Shown here one piece after another: positions 58,722 through 64,000 of a stretch of DNA of 64,000 nucleotides. Source of the DNA: Rhodospirillaceae bacterium (GTDB lineage: Bacteria; Pseudomonadota; Alphaproteobacteria; Rhodospirillales; UBA2165); the NCBI GenBank assembly GCA_038127535.1, contig JAYPHU010000016.1, positions 8,019-72,018 on the forward strand. Reading direction: 5' to 3'. Numbering within the stretch: the first letter of the stretch is position 1; the number at the start of each line of letters is the position of its first letter. Both the position numbers and the translations under genes were made by a program. Under the pieces are notes generated by a model. That model was given only the letters and a program-made list of their open reading frames with translations, did not search any database and was not told where the DNA came from.

Positions 58722-58881
58722 CCGGCAGTCCTATCAGCGGGGGCAATCCCGGTCAAATATATGATTTTCCATGCATTTTAGCACGGATTCGGGCGTTCCG
58801 GGGCTTTAGGAGACGGCACTGATCCTTTATAATCTCTTTAAATCCAAACGATAATCCTCACATCAAAACCAGGACGGAAAA

Positions 58882-59922
58882 ATGGGCAAAATCGGCGTGA
58901 TGGTATGCGGCCACGGAAGCCGCGATGAAGCTGCGGTGACAGAGTTCGCCTCCCTGCAGCAATCCCTAGCCAAACGCTTCCCGGAATATGATGTGGAGTA
59001 TGGTTTCCTCGAGTTCGCCACCCCGATCATCCGCGACGGATTGGACCGGCTAAGCGAGAAAGGCGTCACCCACGTACTGGCGGTTCCCGGCATGCTGTTT
59101 TCCGCCGGCCATGTGAAGAACGACATCGCCTCGGTCCTCAACCAATACCAAGCCGACCATTCCGATCCCCAGTTCAAGATCGAATATGCCCGGCCGTTGG
59201 ATATCGACTCAAAGATGCTCTACGCCGCCGAGGCGCGGGTCAAAGAAGCGCTGGACGCCGCGGGCGGCGATGTGCCCATGGAAGAAACGCTGTTGATGGT
59301 GGTCGGGCGCGGCACCTCGGACCCGGACGCCAACAGCAATATCAGCAAAGTCTGCCGCATGTTGTGGGAAGGCATGAGCTTCGGCTGGGCGGAGGTGTGC
59401 TATTCCGGGGTGACTTTCCCCCTGGTGGCGCCGGGGTTTGAGCACGCGGCCAGGCTAGGCTACAAACGGATCATTGTCTTTCCGTATTTTCTGTTCACCG
59501 GCGTGCTGGTCCGGCGCATCTATGACATCACCGATCAGATTGCCGAGAAGTTCCCCGACATTGAGTTCGTGAAGGCCGGCTATCTGAACGACCACCCGAA
59601 AGTCATCGACACGTTCGAGGAGCGGGTGCGCGGTATCCTCAGCGGCGACAACAATATGAACTGCCAGCTCTGCAAGTACCGGGAACAGGTGGTCGGCTTC
59701 GAAGCGCATAAGGGCCTCCCGCAGATGAGTCACCACCACCATGTGGAAGGGATCGGCACCGGCGACGCCCATGCGTATGATCACGACCATTCCCACGACC
59801 ATTCCCACGATCATTCTCATGACCATGATCACGGCCATGAGCATGACCACCATCACGCGCCCCATCCCCACCCGGAACACCCGCATGGTCCGGGCAAGCG
59901 TAATCCGGAAGCAGCGGAATAA
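58882..59922 (+). CDS. cbiX: Sirohydrochlorin chelatase, long CbiX form with a His-rich tail
   Basis: GVMVCGHGSRD and MVVGRGTSDPDAN duplicated chelatase halves; MNCQLCKY (MxCxxC) motif; C-terminal His-rich tail. Confidence 0.8.
   Translation: MGKIGVMVCGHGSRDEAAVTEFASLQQSLAKRFPEYDVEYGFLEFATPIIRDGLDRLSEKGVTHVLAVPGMLFSAGHVKNDIASVLNQYQADHSDPQFKIEYARPLDIDSKMLYAAEARVKEALDAAGGDVPMEETLLMVVGRGTSDPDANSNISKVCRMLWEGMSFGWAEVCYSGVTFPLVAPGFEHAARLGYKRIIVFPYFLFTGVLVRRIYDITDQIAEKFPDIEFVKAGYLNDHPKVIDTFEERVRGILSGDNNMNCQLCKYREQVVGFEAHKGLPQMSHHHHVEGIGTGDAHAYDHDHSHDHSHDHSHDHDHGHEHDHHHAPHPHPEHPHGPGKRNPEAAE
59779..59856 (+). repeat. In-frame His-Asp/Ser codon repeat with ~12-nt periodicity inside cbiX
   Basis: gatcacgaccattcc cacgaccattcc cacgatcattct catgaccatgat cacggccatgag catgaccaccatcac encodes DHDHSHDHSHDHSHDHDHGHEHDHHH. 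Confidence 0.7.
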
Positions 59923-59939
59923 CCGGCGAAGGAACGGGA

Positions 59940-60587
59940 TTGATGGGCTATCTCAAAAATCCGGACGAGATTTATCGGGAGAGCTTCGCGGCGATCCGGC
60001 GGGAGACCGATCTCATGCGCCTGCCTGAGGACCTGCACCCCATCGCCATCCGCCTAGTGCATACCTGCGGCATGCCTGATCTGGTCGATGATCTCGCCTG
60101 GCACGGCAATGTGTTGAGCGCGGCGAGAACCGCCCTACAGAACGGCCGGCCCATCATCGTCGACGCCACCATGGTCGCCGCCGGGATCATGTCCGCCCGG
60201 CTGCCCAGCGACAACCGGATCATCTGCACCCTGAATGACGAGCGTACGCCGACACTGGCCAAGGACCTGGACACCACCCGCTCGGCTGCCGCGGTGGATC
60301 TCTGGGCCGTCGATCTGGACGGCGCAGTCATCGCCATTGGCAATGCACCCACCGCGCTGTTCCGTTTGTTGGAAGTGCTATCCGAGCCGGATACTCCGCA
60401 GCCCGCCGCCATCCTCGCGTTCCCGGTCGGCTTTGTCGGCGCGGCCGAGTCCAAACAGGCGCTGATCGACGCGGACTTGGGCATTCCCTTTGTCGCCGTC
60501 ACCGGCCGGCGGGGCGGCAGCACGTTGGCGGCGGCGGCAGTGAATGCGTGCCTGCTGTCAGACAGCGGTATGGGAAACGGATCATGA
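59940..60587 (+). CDS. cobH: Precorrin-8X methylmutase
   Basis: RLVHTCGMPDL.., AIGNAPTALFRL, VGFVGAAESK motifs. Confidence 0.9.
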   Translation: MMGYLKNPDEIYRESFAAIRRETDLMRLPEDLHPIAIRLVHTCGMPDLVDDLAWHGNVLSAARTALQNGRPIIVDATMVAAGIMSARLPSDNRIICTLNDERTPTLAKDLDTTRSAAAVDLWAVDLDGAVIAIGNAPTALFRLLEVLSEPDTPQPAAILAFPVGFVGAAESKQALIDADLGIPFVAVTGRRGGSTLAAAAVNACLLSDSGMGNGS

Positions 60588-61792
60588 CCCCGTGGCTCAC
60601 CGTGGTCGGCATCGGCGAGGACGGGATCGACGGGCTCAGCGCCATCGCCCGGGCCGCCCTGGACGATGCGGAGATTCTGGTCGGCGGCGAACGCCATCTG
60701 GCCATGATCGCCGACGATGACAGGCCGCGCATCACCTGGGGCCGGCCTCTGTCTTCCACCATCGAACAGATTCAGGACCAGCGCGGCCACGCGGTCACCG
60801 TGCTCGCGACCGGCGATCCCATGTGGTACGGCATCGGCGCAACCCTCTGCCGCAATATCGAGCCGGCGGAGCTGCGCATCATCCCGGCCCCCTCCGCTTT
60901 TTCCCTGGCCGCCGGGCGATTGGGCTGGCCCCTAGCCGATACGGAATGTCTCACCATTCACGGCCGGGCCATCGAGCGAGTGCGCTACTTCCTGGCCCCG
61001 GACGCCAAGCTGATCATCCTTTCCAACGACGGCAACTCGCCGGCGGATATCTGCAAAATCCTCTGCGACACCGGCTATGAAGACAGCCGGGTGAATGTGC
61101 TGACCCACATGTCCGGTCCGTTGGAAGAGATCATCACCGCCTCTGCCAAGGATTGGGACAATTTCGACGTGGCCGATCTCAACACCATCGCCGTGCACTG
61201 CATCGCCGGGTCCAAGACCAAAGTGTTTTCCCATACGCCCGGCCTGCCCGATGAGGCGTTTCACCATGACGGCCAGTTGACCAAGCGGGAAATCCGCTCG
61301 GCGACAATGGCCGCGCTTTCGCCCTTGCCCGGTCAGCTTCTGTGGGATGTGGGCGCGGGCTGCGGCTCCATCGCCATTGAATGGATGCGCTCGTCGCCTC
61401 GGGTGCACGCCATTGCATTGGAACAGAACGGTGAGCGCCTGGCCATGATCCGGGACAACGCCCAGGCGCTAGGCGTGCCCGATCTGGAAGTGGTTGAGGG
61501 AAGCGCGCCCGACGCCCTGAAAGAGTTTGATCAACCGGATGCCGTCTTTATCGGCGGCGGTTTGGCCGCCGACGGCTTGATCGAGACCTGCTGGTCGGCG
61601 CTGAAACCCGGCGGACGGCTGGTCGCCAACAGTGTGACCTTCGAAGGCGAGCAGAAACTGATCAACTGGGCGGAAGAAACCGGCGGCGAGCTGGTCCGCT
61701 TTGAAATTTCCCGCAGCAAGAAGGTCGGCAAGTTCACGGGCTGGGAGCCCATGAAACCGGTCACGCAACTCCGGGCCACCAAGGATGAGTGA
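60584..61792 (+). CDS. cobL: Precorrin-6Y C5,15-methyltransferase (decarboxylating), CbiE/CbiT fusion
   Basis: WLTVVGIGEDG, VLATGDPMWYGIG, and the C-terminal class I MTase DVGAGCGSIAIE. ATGA overlap with cobH. Confidence 0.9.
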   Translation: MTPWLTVVGIGEDGIDGLSAIARAALDDAEILVGGERHLAMIADDDRPRITWGRPLSSTIEQIQDQRGHAVTVLATGDPMWYGIGATLCRNIEPAELRIIPAPSAFSLAAGRLGWPLADTECLTIHGRAIERVRYFLAPDAKLIILSNDGNSPADICKILCDTGYEDSRVNVLTHMSGPLEEIITASAKDWDNFDVADLNTIAVHCIAGSKTKVFSHTPGLPDEAFHHDGQLTKREIRSATMAALSPLPGQLLWDVGAGCGSIAIEWMRSSPRVHAIALEQNGERLAMIRDNAQALGVPDLEVVEGSAPDALKEFDQPDAVFIGGGLAADGLIETCWSALKPGGRLVANSVTFEGEQKLINWAEETGGELVRFEISRSKKVGKFTGWEPMKPVTQLRATKDE

Positions 61793-62504
61793 GGATCAGC
61801 GGGAGACCATTTGGGGCCTGGGCGTCGGCCCCGGCGATCCCGACCTTATCACGTTGAAGGCTCACCGGATTTTGCAGAGCTCCAACTTTGTCGCTTACCC
61901 GGCGCTCGCCGGCGGCGAGAGCCTGGTGCGGTCCATCGCCGAGCCGTATCTGCCCACAGACGCCGAGGAATATGTGATCTCGACGCCGATGGAGGTGCAG
62001 CGCCACCCCGCCCAGGACGTCTATGACCAGGCGGCGGCGGATATTCTCGCGCACGCCTGGGCGGGCAGGAAAATCTCGATCCTGTGTGAGGGCGATCCGT
62101 TTTTCTACGGCTCCTTCATGTATCTTTTTTCTCGACTGTCTGAAGACTGGCCGGTCGGCGTGGTGCCGGGCGTGAGTTCCCTGGCCGCCTGCTCGGCTGA
62201 GCTCGGCCTGCCCCTGGCCGCACGCAATGACGTGGTCTCGGTCATTCCCGGCACTCTAGAGGCGACTGACCTGCGCAACCGGCTGTTGGCGACGGATGTG
62301 GCGGCGATTATTAAAGTCGGCCGGCATCTGGAGAAAGTTCGAGGCATCTTGGCGGACTTGGACCTGCTGGAAGATGCGAGTTATATCGAACGCGCCACCA
62401 TGGAAAATCAGCGGATCGTATCGTTAGCCGACCTCGGAGAAGAAACGGCGCCCTATTTCTCGATGATCATCGTCCGCCGGGGCGGGGATGCGGTGGACCT
62501 ATGA
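61785..62504 (+). CDS. cobI: Precorrin-2 C20-methyltransferase
   Basis: GLGVGPGDPDLITLKA, CEGDPFFYGSF, PGVSS motifs. 8-nt overlap with cobL. Confidence 0.9.
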   Translation: MSEDQRETIWGLGVGPGDPDLITLKAHRILQSSNFVAYPALAGGESLVRSIAEPYLPTDAEEYVISTPMEVQRHPAQDVYDQAAADILAHAWAGRKISILCEGDPFFYGSFMYLFSRLSEDWPVGVVPGVSSLAACSAELGLPLAARNDVVSVIPGTLEATDLRNRLLATDVAAIIKVGRHLEKVRGILADLDLLEDASYIERATMENQRIVSLADLGEETAPYFSMIIVRRGGDAVDL

Positions 62505-64000
62505 CGTCGCCGGTCTTCGTCGTCCTCAACGACGCCGGGGCAACCCTGTCCCGCCGCCTAATGTCGGGCCTGGCGGGGGCGGAGCTGCATGGTTATGCCC
62601 CCAGGGTCAGCGATTGCGATGTCCCGTTTGAGCGGGTGCAGGACCATCTGCGGGCGATTTTTTCAGACGGGCGACCTTTGGTCGCCATCATGTCCACCGG
62701 CATCGTAATCCGCGCTATCGGGGCCTTGGCGACCGACAAGCGCCGGGAAGCGCCAGTGATCTGCATCAATGATACCGGCAGCACGGTGGTGCCATTGCTG
62801 GGCGGCCATTCCGGCGGCAACCGGCTGGCTGCGCAACTGGCCGAAACCCTGGGCGTTGCGCCAGCGATCACCACCGGCGGGGACAGCCGCCTCGGTCTCG
62901 CGCTGGACGATCCGCCGGCGGGCTTGCGCTGCAGCAATGTGGACGCGGCCAAGCCGGTAATGGCGGCCTTGCTGGCGGGCGAGGCGGTCAAGCTGATCAA
63001 CGAGACGGGGGTCGAGCCGGGCTGGCTTGAGGGTCTCAACGGCACGTTCGATGACAGCGGATCGTTCCGCGTTGTCATCAGCGAGGCAACCGCCGCCGAT
63101 CCGGAACAGTTTACGCTGCATCCGCAAACCCATGTCGTGGGCGTCGGTTGTGAGCGCGGCGTGGCGACGGTCGAGGTCATCGCTCTGATCTCGGACACCT
63201 TGGCCGCCCAAAACATCGCGCCGGAGACCCTGGCCGCGCTCGCCACTATCGACATCAAGGAAGATGAAACCGCCTTGCGGGAAGCGGCCGCGCATTTCGG
63301 CGTGCCCCTCCGGCTGTTCACAGCAGACGAACTGGAAGCGGAAACACCCCGCGTGACCGAGCCCAGCGATTATGTATTCGAGACCGTGGGCTGCTATAGC
63401 GTCTCCGAAGCGGCCGCGCTGGCCAGTGTCGGGGCGAACGGTGATTTAGCCGTGCCGAAGACAAAAAGTGCGCGGGCCACCTGTGCCATCGCGCGGTCGC
63501 CGCAAATCATTGATGCGGACATGGTGGGCCGCGCCGCCGGCCATCTGTCTATCGTCGGCATCGGCCCCGGACGGGCGGACTGGCGCGCGCCGGAAGCCAC
63601 CTCCGCCATCGCCTGCGCCACCGATCTGGTGGGCTACCGCCTCTATCTTGATCTGCTGGGCGGACTCACCGAGGGCAAAATCCGCCACGATTTCGACCTG
63701 GGCGAGGAAACCGACCGGGTCGCTCACGCACTTAATCTGGCGGCTAAAGGTAAACAGGTGGCGCTGGTCTCAAGCGGCGACGCCGGCATCTACGCCATGG
63801 CCAGCCTGGCGTTCGAGCTCATCGACCAAGGTGGAAATGACGCCTGGAAACGCCTCGCCATAGACGTTGTCCCTGGCATTTCCGCCCTGCAGGCGGCCGC
63901 GGCCCGGTCCGGTGCGCCCCTGGGCCATGATTTCTGCGCGATCTCCCTATCCGATCTAATGACCCCGTGGGAGGTGATCGAAAACCGCCTCGCCAAGGCG
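62501..64000 (+). CDS. cobJ: CbiG-like domain fused to precorrin-3B C17-methyltransferase (CobJ), 3-prime end beyond the window
   Basis: Not in the ORF track because there is no stop in the window. My translation from ATG 62501 (ATGA overlap with cobI) is open for 500 codons. N-terminal part: IMSTGIVIRAIG..PVICINDTGSTVVPLLGGHSGGNRLA and ..VVGVGCERG.. (CbiG-like). From ~63545: HLSIVGIGPGRADW..VSSGDAGIYAMAS..VPGISALQAAAARSGAPLGHDF (CobJ/CbiH). Confidence 0.8.
   Translation, partial: MTSPVFVVLNDAGATLSRRLMSGLAGAELHGYAPRVSDCDVPFERVQDHLRAIFSDGRPLVAIMSTGIVIRAIGALATDKRREAPVICINDTGSTVVPLLGGHSGGNRLAAQLAETLGVAPAITTGGDSRLGLALDDPPAGLRCSNVDAAKPVMAALLAGEAVKLINETGVEPGWLEGLNGTFDDSGSFRVVISEATAADPEQFTLHPQTHVVGVGCERGVATVEVIALISDTLAAQNIAPETLAALATIDIKEDETALREAAAHFGVPLRLFTADELEAETPRVTEPSDYVFETVGCYSVSEAAALASVGANGDLAVPKTKSARATCAIARSPQIIDADMVGRAAGHLSIVGIGPGRADWRAPEATSAIACATDLVGYRLYLDLLGGLTEGKIRHDFDLGEETDRVAHALNLAAKGKQVALVSSGDAGIYAMASLAFELIDQGGNDAWKRLAIDVVPGISALQAAAARSGAPLGHDFCAISLSDLMTPWEVIENRLAKA

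Noticed and set aside
58722-58881. Looked for a third cobalamin riboswitch between cobD and cbiX, and also at 48396-48501 between cobT and cobS
   Set aside because: Neither region contains the GGGAA..GGTG..CCCCCGCAACTGTAAG core or a B12 box. They look like ordinary AT-richer divergent promoter regions.
59972-60790. 272-aa minus-strand ORF opposite cobH/cobL (similar ones lie at 62593-63321 opposite cbiG-cobJ)
   Set aside because: These are antisense to conserved B12 genes, and the composition is Ala/Arg/Ser-rich noise.
1-64000. CRISPR arrays, rRNA genes, IS elements, toxin-antitoxin or known defence systems
   Set aside because: I saw no regularly spaced direct repeats, no rRNA-like conserved blocks, and no proteins with the transposase, Cas, restriction or toxin motifs I can recognise. 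The only repeats are short REP-like palindromes and one in-frame His-codon repeat.

Overview
High-GC (by eye roughly 60-65%) chromosomal segment. Gene content, GC-rich palindromic intergenic repeats and a CobN/CobW-type B12 locus suggest an alphaproteobacterium; this is inference, not a database result. Order of content: (1) 1-5.5 kb, a translationally coupled LPS-core-type operon (GT9, GT2, two GT4, AsnB-type amidotransferase). (2) 5.5-21.5 kb, mostly housekeeping genes: pyrC, an M48 protease/DUF898 pair, an MDR oxidoreductase, ppdK, glyS, glyQ, an S49 peptidase, methyltransferases, ispB and tRNA-Pro(CGG). (3) 21.5-31.5 kb, directly downstream of the tRNA, a zone of gene decay. It holds a TPR-sulfotransferase with 4 in-frame stops plus a frameshift, a TAXI binding-protein gene with one in-frame amber codon, and back-to-back truncated sulfotransferase and pcm remnants, mixed with intact genes (FAH, VOC dioxygenase-like, orphan TRAP binding protein, cytochrome c, apt, a MetE-like orphan, DUF3500). 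(4) 31.5-40.5 kb: DUF2461, NUDIX, PiT phosphate transporter, a COG0523 GTPase coupled to an exostosin-like protein, and a divergent acyl-CoA module (CaiB-type CoA-transferase + DMT exporter // acyl-CoA dehydrogenase + MaoC hydratase). (5) 40.5-46.2 kb, the best candidate for an undescribed system: four tightly packed genes (a 711-aa protein of unknown function, a kinase-like/nucleotidyltransferase-like two-domain protein, a stand-alone nucleotidyltransferase-fold protein and a WavE-like protein), translationally coupled to the acyl-CoA genes. (6) 46.2-64 kb, a cobalamin locus with two B12 riboswitches of different architecture: cbtB-cbtA, cobT, cobS-cobC, cobU-cobW-cobN-cobO-cobQ, cobD, and cbiX-cobH-cobL-cobI plus a CbiG-CobJ fusion that runs off the window. 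I found no rRNA, CRISPR array, transposase, integrase or recognisable defence system. Many long ORFs in the track are antisense or alternate-frame artefacts of high GC.
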